From NCBI GenBank assembly GCA_002320815.1, contig DCLA01000086.1, positions 2,330 to 66,329 of the forward strand: a stretch of DNA of 64,000 bases, written 5' to 3'. Shown piece by piece: positions 1 to 8,177 of the stretch (position 1 is the stretch's first letter; every line of letters begins with the position of its first letter). The notes under the pieces were generated by a model. The model saw nothing but the letters and a program-made list of their open reading frames with translations, was not told where the DNA came from and ran no database searches. The stretch is from Myxococcales bacterium UBA1660 (GTDB taxonomy: Bacteria > Myxococcota_A > Polyangia > Polyangiales > Houyiibacteriaceae). The translations under genes and the position numbers were made by a program.

Positions 1-57
1 GAGCTCACGCTGCTGCCGCCGTTGCTGCGCCTCTTCGGCGAGAAGAAGCCCGGCTGA
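1..57 (+). CDS. 3' end of a CDS truncated by the window edge (ELTLLPPLLRLFGEKKPG*), possibly an MMPL/RND-type membrane protein
   Basis: Frame 1 is open from base 1 to TGA at 55-57; the LLPPLL hydrophobic tail resembles MMPL C-termini. Confidence 0.35.
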   Translation, partial: ELTLLPPLLRLFGEKKPG

Positions 58-63
58 GGCCGG

Positions 64-90
64 GCGCCCGGGCCTCGGCGGCTCGGGCGC
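64..90. terminator. GC-rich hairpin between convergent genes
   Basis: GCGCCCGGGCC-TCGGC-GGCTCGGGCGC inverted repeat; no U-tract. Confidence 0.4.
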
Positions 91-106
91 GGCGGCTGCT
101 CCTCGG

Positions 107-2380
107 CTACTCCTCGGCGGGGCCGCCGAAGCCGATGCGGCGCCGGGTCGGCGCCTCGCGGTGGAGCTCCTCCTGGATCTTCTTGTAGGCGGCGTCCATC
201 TCGGCGGTCACCGAGGGCCGGGTGTCGGCCCGGGCCTTCTCGAAGGTGGCCATGTCGATGTGCTCCACGTTCAGGTCCCCGCGGAGCGCCAGGAGTCCGG
301 CGCGCCGGACCAGGTCCTCCAGGTCGGCGCCGGTGTAGCCCTTGGTGGACTCGGCTAGCGCGGTGAGGTTCACGTCGTCGCCTAGCGGCATGCCCCGGGT
401 GTGGATGCGCAAGATGGTCTCGCGCCCCTCGGCGCTGGGCACCGGGACGTAGATGAGCTCATCGAAGCGGCCGGGGCGGAGGAGCGCCGGATCCACCAGG
501 GTGGGCTGGTTGGTGGCGCCGATGACCACCACGTGCCGGAGCTCCTCGAGGCCGTCCATCTCCGCCAGGATGGTGTTGACCACCCGCTCGGTGACCGCCG
601 GCTCGCCGAGCCCGCCGCCGCGGCGGGGGACCAGGGAGTCGATCTCGTCGATGAAGATCACCGTGGGCGCCACCTGCCGGGCGCGCTGGAAGAGCCGGGC
701 GATCTGCTTCTCGGACTCGCCGTACCACTTGCTGAGCAGGTCCGAGGAGCGCACCGAGATGAAGTTCGCCTCGGCCTCCCGGGCCACGGCCTTGGCCAGG
801 AGGGTCTTGCCGGTGCCGGGAGGGCCATAGAGCAGGAACCCCTTGGCCGGGCGGATCCCCAGGCGCTCGAAGGCCTCGGGGTGCTTCAGCGGGAGCTCCA
901 CGCCCTCGCGGAGGGCGGTCTTGGCGTCGTTCAGGCCGCCAATCGCTTCCCAGGTGACCTTGGGGGAGTCGATCATGATCTCCCGGAGCGCGGAGGGTTG
1001 GACCCGCTTCAGCCCCTCGGTGAAGTCGTGGTGGGTGACCACCAGACTCTCCAGCACCGACTGGGGGATCTCCTCGGCGCCCAGGTCGATCTCCGGCAGG
1101 CGCCGCCGGAGCGACTCGAGGGCCGCCTCCCGGGCCAGGGCCCCGAGGTCGGCGCCGACGAAGCCGTAGGTGATGCGGGCCAGCTCGTCGAGATCGACGT
1201 CGTCGGCCAGGGGCATGCCCCGGGCGTGGATGGCGAGAACCTCCCGGCGTCCCTCGGCGCTGGGCGCGCCGATGACCAGCTCGCGGTCGAAGCGACCAGG
1301 CCGGCGGAGCGCTTCGTCGATGGCCTCGGGCCGGTTGGTGGCGCCGATGACGATGACGTTCTGCCGCGGCTTCAGGCCGTCCATCAGGGTCAGGAGCTGC
1401 GCGACAAGGCGCCGCTCGCCTTCGCCGGTGACCTCCGCCCGCTTGGGGGCGATGGAGTCGATCTCGTCGAAGAAGATGATCGACGGAGCGGCCTTCTCCG
1501 CTTCCTCGAAGATCTCCCGGAGGCGTCCCTCGGACTCGCCGTAGTGCTTGCCGACGATCTCCGGTCCGTTGACGATGAAGAACTGCGCGTCGGCCTCGTT
1601 GGCGACGGCGCGGGCCAGCAGGGTCTTGCCGGTCCCGGGCGGTCCATGGAGGAGCACGCCCTTGGGCGGATCGATGCCCAGCCGCTGGAAGAGCACCGGG
1701 TGCTTCAGCGGGAGTTCGATCATCTCCCGGACCTGGTCGAGGGTCTCGGAGAGCCCGCCGACGTCGTCGTAGGTGACGTCGATGACCCGGGGCTCCTCGG
1801 GCTCCGAGTACTCCGGGAGGAGCACCATCTCGGTCTCGGGCGTGATGCGCACGATGCCGGTGGGTTGGCTGGAGACCACCACCAGCCGGACCTCCTGCAG
1901 ACCCCAGGCCTTGCGGCGACTGAAGGCGTTGGCCAGCTCGGGCGGGATCCCCTCGCCGGGCTGGTTGCCCGGGTGGAACACGCTGGTGCTGACCACGTTG
2001 CCGGTGTGCACCGGGCGGCCGAGGAAGGTGCGCTTCAGGGCGTCGCCGGAACCGGAGAGGCGCACGTTGGCCTGGGCCGGACCGAGGGTCACCCGCCGCG
2101 CGGGCTTGGGGTCGACCTTGCGCACGCTGACCGGATCGCGGACGCCCACGCCGGCGTTGGTCCGCTCGATGCCATCGAGCCGGATGATGTCGATGCCGGC
2201 GTCCTCGGGGTAGGGCGGCAGCGCGATGGCCGCCGAGATCCGCTTGCCCTCGATGGCGACTACGTCGCCGGGGCGCAGCCCCAGGGCCTCCATCGCTTCG
2301 GCGCTCACTCGCGCCACGCCCTTGCCCTGGTCTTGGCTGCTGGCGGCTGCCACCTGCAGCGAGACGGTGTCGTCACTCAT
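107..2380 (-). CDS. Cdc48/p97/VAT-family double-ring AAA+ ATPase
   Basis: N-domain plus two AAA modules: GPPGTGKT x2, Walker B IIFFDEID and VIFIDEID, pore loops KHYGESE and KWYGESE, RPGRFD x2. Confidence 0.95.
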   Translation of the reverse strand: MSDDTVSLQVAAASSQDQGKGVARVSAEAMEALGLRPGDVVAIEGKRISAAIALPPYPEDAGIDIIRLDGIERTNAGVGVRDPVSVRKVDPKPARRVTLGPAQANVRLSGSGDALKRTFLGRPVHTGNVVSTSVFHPGNQPGEGIPPELANAFSRRKAWGLQEVRLVVVSSQPTGIVRITPETEMVLLPEYSEPEEPRVIDVTYDDVGGLSETLDQVREMIELPLKHPVLFQRLGIDPPKGVLLHGPPGTGKTLLARAVANEADAQFFIVNGPEIVGKHYGESEGRLREIFEEAEKAAPSIIFFDEIDSIAPKRAEVTGEGERRLVAQLLTLMDGLKPRQNVIVIGATNRPEAIDEALRRPGRFDRELVIGAPSAEGRREVLAIHARGMPLADDVDLDELARITYGFVGADLGALAREAALESLRRRLPEIDLGAEEIPQSVLESLVVTHHDFTEGLKRVQPSALREIMIDSPKVTWEAIGGLNDAKTALREGVELPLKHPEAFERLGIRPAKGFLLYGPPGTGKTLLAKAVAREAEANFISVRSSDLLSKWYGESEKQIARLFQRARQVAPTVIFIDEIDSLVPRRGGGLGEPAVTERVVNTILAEMDGLEELRHVVVIGATNQPTLVDPALLRPGRFDELIYVPVPSAEGRETILRIHTRGMPLGDDVNLTALAESTKGYTGADLEDLVRRAGLLALRGDLNVEHIDMATFEKARADTRPSVTAEMDAAYKKIQEELHREAPTRRRIGFGGPAEE

Positions 2381-2386
2381 GAACCG

Positions 2387-2415
2387 ATTGGGGTGTCGGC
2401 CCGGGGTGATGTCAA
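2387..2415 (-). promoter_or_regulatory. Candidate promoter for cdc48 (sigma70/sigma32-like), probably leaderless
   Basis: Minus strand TTGACA-N17-CCCAAT (preceded by C, giving CCCCAAT), 6 nt before the ATG; no SD. Confidence 0.5.
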
Positions 2416-2458
2416 CGGTCCGCGTGGACGGGAACGGCGGTCGGCGCCGGGGAACCGG

Positions 2459-2833
2459 TCAGAATCGGTGCCGTAAGGGGTCGTGGCCGAGGAGCATCAG
2501 CCGCGTGCGCCACGCGGAGTGCTCCACGTCGCCCGGCGGGCGCGCATCGAGGAGATCCCGGATGACCGTCGCGGCCCGGCCCATGAGCCGGTGGTCCTCG
2601 TCGGTGAGCTCACCGGTCCGCTTCCGCTGGAGGGTCGCGAGCTGGCAGAGCGAGTCCGAGACCATCGGCAGCGCCGGGACGGGTGCGAGGGGCGCGTGGG
2701 CCTGCTTCCAGACCCGCTCCATCTCGTCGGCGGTGAGGTTCACGAACGAACCGTAGGCCCGCTGGATAGCCGCCCGGGCCCGGGGGGACAGGGACGGCTC
2801 CGGCGGCCGGGCTTCTTCGTGGCTCAGGCTCAT
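2459..2833 (-). CDS. DUF3140-like small protein (124 aa)
   Basis: C-terminal part of ORF 2459..4114; FVNLTADEM...SAWRTRLMLLGHDP resembles the DUF3140 pattern; its ATG overlaps the AI-2E stop (ATGA). Confidence 0.65.
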   Translation of the reverse strand: MSLSHEEARPPEPSLSPRARAAIQRAYGSFVNLTADEMERVWKQAHAPLAPVPALPMVSDSLCQLATLQRKRTGELTDEDHRLMGRAATVIRDLLDARPPGDVEHSAWRTRLMLLGHDPLRHRF

Positions 2834-4095
2834 GGCGTGGTGGTGGCCGGCCGACTGGCGGGCGGCACGGCGGCCGTCGCGGCCACGGGGTTCGGTTCGT
2901 CGTCTTCGAGGGCTTCGCCCGCGTCGGAGACCAGGTCGGCGATCCAGCTCCACTTGGGGCTCTTGGCCGCCAGGGAGATGAAGAGGACCGTCATGGGGAC
3001 CGAGAGTAGCGCGCCGCCGATGCCCCAGACCCAGCCCCAGAAGACGACGCTGAGCAGGACGACCAGGGGCGAGATGCGCAGCGCGCGGCCCTGGACCATG
3101 GGCTCGAGCCACTGGCCGATGGCGACCTGGACCACCGTGAGGGTGGCCAAGACGGTGATGCAGAAGGCGCCGCCACCCTGGCTCAGGGCCACGATGCTGG
3201 GGGGCACGACCGCGACCAGCGAGCCGATGTTGGGGATGAAGTTCAGGAGGAACGCCACCACACCCCAGAGCGGGGCGTCGCGGACTCCGAAGGCCCAACA
3301 CGCCAGGGTGGTCCCGGTGCCGGTCAGGAGGCTCATGATCACCCGGGTCCACATGTAGCGGCGGAAGCGCCCGGTGACGTCGCCGAGGGTGTCGATGAGA
3401 CCGGGGCTGCGATCCTCGAGGACGCGGGTCATGCGCTTGCGCCACCGCCCCGCCTCGGAGACGGCGAAGACGGTGAACATCACGATGAGGAAGGCGACGC
3501 TGGCGGAGAGGAAGAACGCCCGGAGACCGTTGCGGGCCATCTCGCGGGCCTGGTCGGGGTCGGGGTCGAGGGCGGCGCCGATGGCGGGGAAGAGGTCCTT
3601 CTGCTGCTCGGCAAACTCGCGGAGCGATTCGGTGTAGGCGTCGATGTTCCCGATGAAGCCCTTCATCGCCCAGTAGAGGAGCCCGACGAAGCCGGCGCAG
3701 ATCGCGCCGAGGGTCGCCAGGGTCCCGAGGACCGCGACCACCCGATGGGTTCGCTTCTGGAGCCAGGAGTGCACCGGCCAGGTGAGGATCACCAAGAAGG
3801 CGGCGACCGCGAGGGGCATGGTCACCATCGCCGTCGCCTGGAGCGACGCGATGAAGATCGCGGCGGCGATGATGGGCAGGGAGAAGGCCGCCGCGTCCAC
3901 GAGGCGCCGCCGGCGGCGCTCGAAGCGGATCATCTTCGGCGCCTGGACGACCGCGCTCCGGTCCTCCGGCTGGGCGTAGGTGCCGGTGCGGCGGTGAGCG
4001 GGGAGCGACGACTCGTTCACCTCGAGCTCGGCGGCGTCTTGCTCCAGCTCGTCGGGGAACGACCCATCGTCGGTGGATCGGGAAGGGAAGCCCAT
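2830..4095 (-). CDS. AI-2E family transporter
   Basis: Multi-TM protein with LLNFIPNIGS, LEPMVQGRALRISP and WGWVWGIGGALLSVP signatures. Confidence 0.9.
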   Translation of the reverse strand: MGFPSRSTDDGSFPDELEQDAAELEVNESSLPAHRRTGTYAQPEDRSAVVQAPKMIRFERRRRRLVDAAAFSLPIIAAAIFIASLQATAMVTMPLAVAAFLVILTWPVHSWLQKRTHRVVAVLGTLATLGAICAGFVGLLYWAMKGFIGNIDAYTESLREFAEQQKDLFPAIGAALDPDPDQAREMARNGLRAFFLSASVAFLIVMFTVFAVSEAGRWRKRMTRVLEDRSPGLIDTLGDVTGRFRRYMWTRVIMSLLTGTGTTLACWAFGVRDAPLWGVVAFLLNFIPNIGSLVAVVPPSIVALSQGGGAFCITVLATLTVVQVAIGQWLEPMVQGRALRISPLVVLLSVVFWGWVWGIGGALLSVPMTVLFISLAAKSPKWSWIADLVSDAGEALEDDEPNPVAATAAVPPASRPATTTP

Positions 4096-4109
4096 CGTGC
4101 CCTTTGCTC

Positions 4110-4125
4110 AGCAATTCCCTTGCCA
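4110..4125 (-). promoter_or_regulatory. sigma54 -24/-12 promoter for the AI-2E/DUF3140 genes
   Basis: Minus strand TGGCAA-GGGAA-TTGCT (GG-N10-GC), about 15 nt upstream of the ATG at 4095. Confidence 0.7.
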
Positions 4126-4162
4126 GCGGATCGCGGTCGATCTCGACGGCGGGTCGGGGCGA

Positions 4163-4399
4163 TCACGCGTCGGGGCGAAATCGATCGTGGCGGGCTGCCT
4201 CGATCGCTTCCGGGTCGGGCGGGGCGTCGGCGGCCATGGCCCCTGCGAGTGCCTCGGCGGCGAGGGCCTCGCCGGAGCTGGCGACCTGGCGGATCGCCGA
4301 CGGTCTCATGGGGACGGTGGTCTTGGGGACCGCGGGGACCTCGGCCTGGGGGGTCGCGGCCTCGTCGGGTGCCGCAGCGGGGGAGCGCTCGTCGGACAT
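4163..4399 (-). CDS. Small Ala/Pro-rich hypothetical protein (78 aa, MSDERSPAAAPDE...)
   Basis: C-terminal part of ORF 4163..5257; the ATG lies at the predicted start site of a sigma54 promoter. Confidence 0.5.
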   Translation of the reverse strand: MSDERSPAAAPDEAATPQAEVPAVPKTTVPMRPSAIRQVASSGEALAAEALAGAMAADAPPDPEAIEAARHDRFRPDA

Positions 4400-4411
4400 G
4401 CGCGCGGGGAG

Positions 4412-4427
4412 AGCAAGGAGTCTGCCA
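4412..4427 (-). promoter_or_regulatory. sigma54 -24/-12 promoter
   Basis: Minus strand TGGCAG-ACTCC-TTGCT, 12-13 nt before the ATG at 4399. Confidence 0.65.
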
Positions 4428-4630
4428 CGCAAAAGGGGGCTCGGAGCGCCCGGTTGCCGTGGCTGGGCAGGGGAATCGGGCGTTTTCGGCCGGGGCACTT
4501 TGCCGAGTCCACCCGAGGGGAGGCCTGGCGTCCGGAGGGAAGCTGCGGACCCCGGAGGCCGTGGCGTCGAGGTCGCCTCGATCGAGGCAAGGCACCGCGG
4601 TCGACCACTCGGATCGCCCACGATTGGGGC

Positions 4631-4646
4631 TGGCATGGGCACTGCA
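4631..4646 (+). promoter_or_regulatory. sigma54 -24/-12 promoter for the small lipoprotein
   Basis: TGGCAT-GGGCA-CTGCA (GG-N10-GC). Confidence 0.6.
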
Positions 4647-4729
4647 GCGTAGGCCGACCAGAGCGTCACCGCGGCCTCGGCCCCATCGACGCCGACCTCG
4701 AAAACCCGAACCCAACCCGAAGACCGAGA

Positions 4730-5035
4730 ATGACCATGAAGAAGATCTGGATGCCTTTCGCCATCGTTTCCGCCCTCGCCCTCGGAACCACCGGCTGCTC
4801 CGAGCAGACGCAGGACAACGCCGAGGCGACCTTCGAGTCCGCAGGCCAGGACATCGACCGCGCAGGTGACCGGGTCGAGGCCGCGGGTGAGCGCGCCGGC
4901 GACCGCATGGAGGCCGCGGGGGACCGCGCCGAGGCCGAGTGGGACCAGGAGATGAACGAGCTCGACCGCGAGATCGAGCAGGAGCGCGCCGAGGAGGCCC
5001 GTGAGGACGCCCTCGAGGATCGCTACGAGAACTGA
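4730..5035 (+). CDS. Small acidic lipoprotein with 11-residue helical repeats
   Basis: Signal peptide ending TTGC; AGDRVEAAGER/AGDRMEAAGDR repeats; followed by a terminator. Confidence 0.8.
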   Translation: MTMKKIWMPFAIVSALALGTTGCSEQTQDNAEATFESAGQDIDRAGDRVEAAGERAGDRMEAAGDRAEAEWDQEMNELDREIEQERAEEAREDALEDRYEN

Positions 5036-5069
5036 CCTCCGCGCTTTGGGGCCTCGCGCCCCGCGCGAG

Positions 5070-5102
5070 AAGCGCCGGTGACCGAGGGTCGCCGGCGTTT
5101 TT
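5070..5102 (+). terminator. Rho-independent terminator
   Basis: GCGCCGGTGACC-GAG-GGTCGCCGGCG followed by a T run. Confidence 0.8.
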
Positions 5103-5143
5103 CGTGGTGCGCGGCCCGGTGAGGTGCTCCACTGCCCCCGTCG

Positions 5144-6409
5144 ATGGGCAAGCCGCTCCGCCGCCGAGCCAAGCTCGGGAAGTACACGCTGGAGAAGCGA
5201 CTGGGCGAGGGCGCCTACGCGCAGGTCTGGCGCGCGAAGGACACCGTCGAGGGGCACGTGGTGGCCCTGAAGATCGTCCTACCCTCCGGCATCGAGGACA
5301 TGGGCCGCGACCGGGTGGTCCGGGAGGCCCGGGTGGTCTCGCACCTGGAGCACCCCAACGTCCTTCCGGTGCAGAACGCGGATTGGGTCGACGACTACTT
5401 CGTCCTGGCGACCCAGCTCTGCAAGCACAGCCTCACCGACGACGCGCCCGCCAAGCGCTCTCCGACCCGCGCCCTCAACCTGCTGCGCGACGTGGCCGCC
5501 GGGCTGGCCCACGCCCACGAGCGGGGCGTGCTCCATCGGGACATCAAGCCGGACAACGTCCTGATCGGTGAGGACGGCCGGGCGCTGGTCTCCGACTTCG
5601 GGTTCGCCCGCTGGCAGGAGGAGAAGACCCTCACCCAGTGCGGAACCCTCGGCTACATGGCGCCGGAGCAGGCCTACGGGAAACCGGCGCCGACGTCCGA
5701 TGTCTTCTCCTGGGGTCTGGTGGCCTACGAGCTCCTCACCGGGACCCTGCCCACCTGGCCCTTCGAGTGGCCGCTGGTGAAGGCCGACCGCTTCACCGCG
5801 CGGGTCCCCAAGCCCTTCCGCCCGGTGATCCGCACCGCCGTCTCGTTCCATCCCCAGGAGCGCTATCCGGACGCGGTGCACCTGCTCGAGGCCTACGACG
5901 AGGCCGCCCGCGCCGTCGCCGAGTCGAAGCGCAAGGACGACCTCCCGCCAGCGCGCCAGGTGCTGGCCGAGACCTTCGGGGCCCACCACGGGGGGCGTCT
6001 CCGGATGAGCTTCGCGTGTCGTCGCTGCGGCGGGGGGATCGCCGAGGCCATGCGCCACTGTCCCTGGTGCGGGACCAGCGACCACAGCTTCCGAGAGGTC
6101 AGCGGCTTCCCACTCTTCTGTCCCACCTGCGAACGCGGCGTGCGTCCCGAGTGGAGCGCCTGTGGATGGTGCGGGACCCGTCTGCAGTCCAACGGGCGCA
6201 AGGTGCCCAAGGACCCGCGCGCCGTCCGCGCGTGCGCCCGCCGCGAGTGCGAAGGCGAGCTCCGTCCGTTCATGCGCGCCTGCCCCGAGTGCGGCACCCG
6301 GGAGCGGCGACCCTGGCGAGCCCAGGGCCTCCCCGACCGGTGCCGTCGCTGCGAGGGGCCGGTGAACGACGACTACTTCACCTACTGCCCGTGGTGCGGC
6401 ACGGCCTAG
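5144..6409 (+). CDS. Ser/Thr protein kinase with four C-terminal zinc ribbons
   Basis: GEGAYA, VALK, HRDIKPDN, DFG and APE intact; C-terminus has 8 Cys pairs (CRRC/CPWC, CPTC/CGWC, CARREC/CPEC, CRRC/CPWC). Confidence 0.9.
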   Translation: MGKPLRRRAKLGKYTLEKRLGEGAYAQVWRAKDTVEGHVVALKIVLPSGIEDMGRDRVVREARVVSHLEHPNVLPVQNADWVDDYFVLATQLCKHSLTDDAPAKRSPTRALNLLRDVAAGLAHAHERGVLHRDIKPDNVLIGEDGRALVSDFGFARWQEEKTLTQCGTLGYMAPEQAYGKPAPTSDVFSWGLVAYELLTGTLPTWPFEWPLVKADRFTARVPKPFRPVIRTAVSFHPQERYPDAVHLLEAYDEAARAVAESKRKDDLPPARQVLAETFGAHHGGRLRMSFACRRCGGGIAEAMRHCPWCGTSDHSFREVSGFPLFCPTCERGVRPEWSACGWCGTRLQSNGRKVPKDPRAVRACARRECEGELRPFMRACPECGTRERRPWRAQGLPDRCRRCEGPVNDDYFTYCPWCGTA

Positions 6410-6416
6410 GGTCCGC

Positions 6417-8147
6417 TCAGGGGATCAGTGCGCGGGCCGCGGCCGCCTCGGCGTGCTGCCCGAGCGCCTCGTGGGCCAGGGCGGCTACCCGGTGGACGTC
6501 GCTGGTCACGCGCTGCAGCGCAGGGCTGGGGCTGGGGTCGCGGTAGGGATCGAGGCGGCGCAGGGCGCGGTCGGCGTGACCCAGGCGCACCTCGATCTCC
6601 GCGGCCTCGACGCCGGCGCGGATCACCCCTTCGCGGATGCGCCGGTCCCGGGAGCGGCCGAAGGCCTGGCGGAGCGCGTCGTAGGTCTCCAGCGCCCGCT
6701 CGTCGGCGCCGTTGTGCGCGTGGATCCGCGCGTCGAAGAGCTGCAGCCGCTGGCGCGCCCGGGGCATCCCCGGGAGGTCCTCGGTCAGCCGGGTGCGCGC
6801 GTCTTCCAGCGCGCGGCGCGCCTTGCGCGGGTGGTCCGCGCGGAGCTGCGCGCCCACCCGGCCGATCAACACGCTGGCGAGCCGGCCGCGCTTCACCTCC
6901 GCGGTGGGGCGCTCGTCGAGGATGCTCACGAAGGTGTCGAAGACCCGCGCGTCCTCCTTGGGGTCGAGGCCCGGCTGGGCGCAGGCGGGCCAGAGGGCTT
7001 CGAGGAGCTCCTCGACCCGCGCCTTCTCCATCCCGCGGAGCTCGATGCCTCGGGCGCGACGGGCGGCCAGGTCGTAGCGACCGCCGCGGACCGCGTCGCG
7101 CACGCTCTCGATGCGTTCCTTGGTGTCGCTGCTCCGCTGCGACCCCACCAGCGCGGCGGCCTTCTCGACCCGCGACACGACGTCGTCGAAGAAGTAGGGG
7201 TCCGGTGCGCCGGGCGCGCGCTCGGGGGCGCTCTCGCGGAGCCGCTTGGCGAAGAAGGCCAAGGGATCCCGGGTCAGCGCCGGGGCCTCGACCCGGAGCG
7301 CCGCGAGGAGCGCGTCGAAGACCCGCTCCGCCGGCTGCCGCTCGCCGTCGGCGGGGACCACCAGGCACACGTTGGGGTGGTCCCGGAGCCAGTCGGGCAG
7401 GGCGGTCGCCGCGGCGCGGTCGAAGCAGAACCAATAGAGCTGGTTGCGCAGCGGCGCCTGAAGGCGCCGCTTCAGCGCCTGCATCACCACGTCCCCCTCC
7501 CAGCCGGAGTAGCCCACCACCAGGGGAACCCGGCGGCCGAGCAGGTCGCCGAGGAGCTCGCTCATCCCCGGGCCGCCACGCATGCCCTGGGCCCGCGCCG
7601 CGATCTCGTCGTCGGTGTTGATCAGGTCGTAGAACCAGTAGGTCCCGTGGACGTGGATGATCTGGGGATCGTCCGAGTCCAGGTCGATGCGCGCGGTGGT
7701 CGCCGGGTGGTCGCAGACCACGTGGGGTCGCCCGAAGAGGGTCAGGGCCCGGCTGGCGAAGTCGTCGAAGTTGGGCGTGACCAAGCAGCGGGTGAGCGCC
7801 CCCGAGGAGAGCAGGTGCGCGAGCCGGAGGTTGGCGTCGGTGAGGGGGCGGCCGACGATCTTCTGCCGGAAGTAGGCGCGCCGCTGGTCGGCGTCGGGGT
7901 AGGCCTGCTCGAGCCAGAAGGAGTAGCGCCCGGCCGGGTCTGCCGGCGGGGTCCCCAAGGTGAGCCCGAGGCTCTCGGCGCGGTCCCGGCACTCCTTCTC
8001 GATGGCCCAGGCGAGGGGAACCGAGGGCACCGAGATGCCGGCGCCGCAGATGAAGAAATAGGGCGCGCCGCCGCGACCCTTCTGGGCTTCGCGACCGGTC
8101 TCGCGGATCCGCGCCGCGGCGGTGTCGAGCGGGAGCAGCTTGGCCAC
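6417..8147 (-). CDS. SIR2-like (SIR2_2) domain protein with a C-terminal TPR-like helical region
   Basis: FFICGAGIS, LVTPNFDD, IIHVHG and LVVGYSG sirtuin motifs; Ala/Arg/Leu-rich helical repeats in the C-terminal half. Confidence 0.8.
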   Translation of the reverse strand: MAKLLPLDTAAARIRETGREAQKGRGGAPYFFICGAGISVPSVPLAWAIEKECRDRAESLGLTLGTPPADPAGRYSFWLEQAYPDADQRRAYFRQKIVGRPLTDANLRLAHLLSSGALTRCLVTPNFDDFASRALTLFGRPHVVCDHPATTARIDLDSDDPQIIHVHGTYWFYDLINTDDEIAARAQGMRGGPGMSELLGDLLGRRVPLVVGYSGWEGDVVMQALKRRLQAPLRNQLYWFCFDRAAATALPDWLRDHPNVCLVVPADGERQPAERVFDALLAALRVEAPALTRDPLAFFAKRLRESAPERAPGAPDPYFFDDVVSRVEKAAALVGSQRSSDTKERIESVRDAVRGGRYDLAARRARGIELRGMEKARVEELLEALWPACAQPGLDPKEDARVFDTFVSILDERPTAEVKRGRLASVLIGRVGAQLRADHPRKARRALEDARTRLTEDLPGMPRARQRLQLFDARIHAHNGADERALETYDALRQAFGRSRDRRIREGVIRAGVEAAEIEVRLGHADRALRRLDPYRDPSPSPALQRVTSDVHRVAALAHEALGQHAEAAAARALIP

Positions 8148-8177
8148 GGAGCGATCGGTACCACGGCCCCGCGACGA

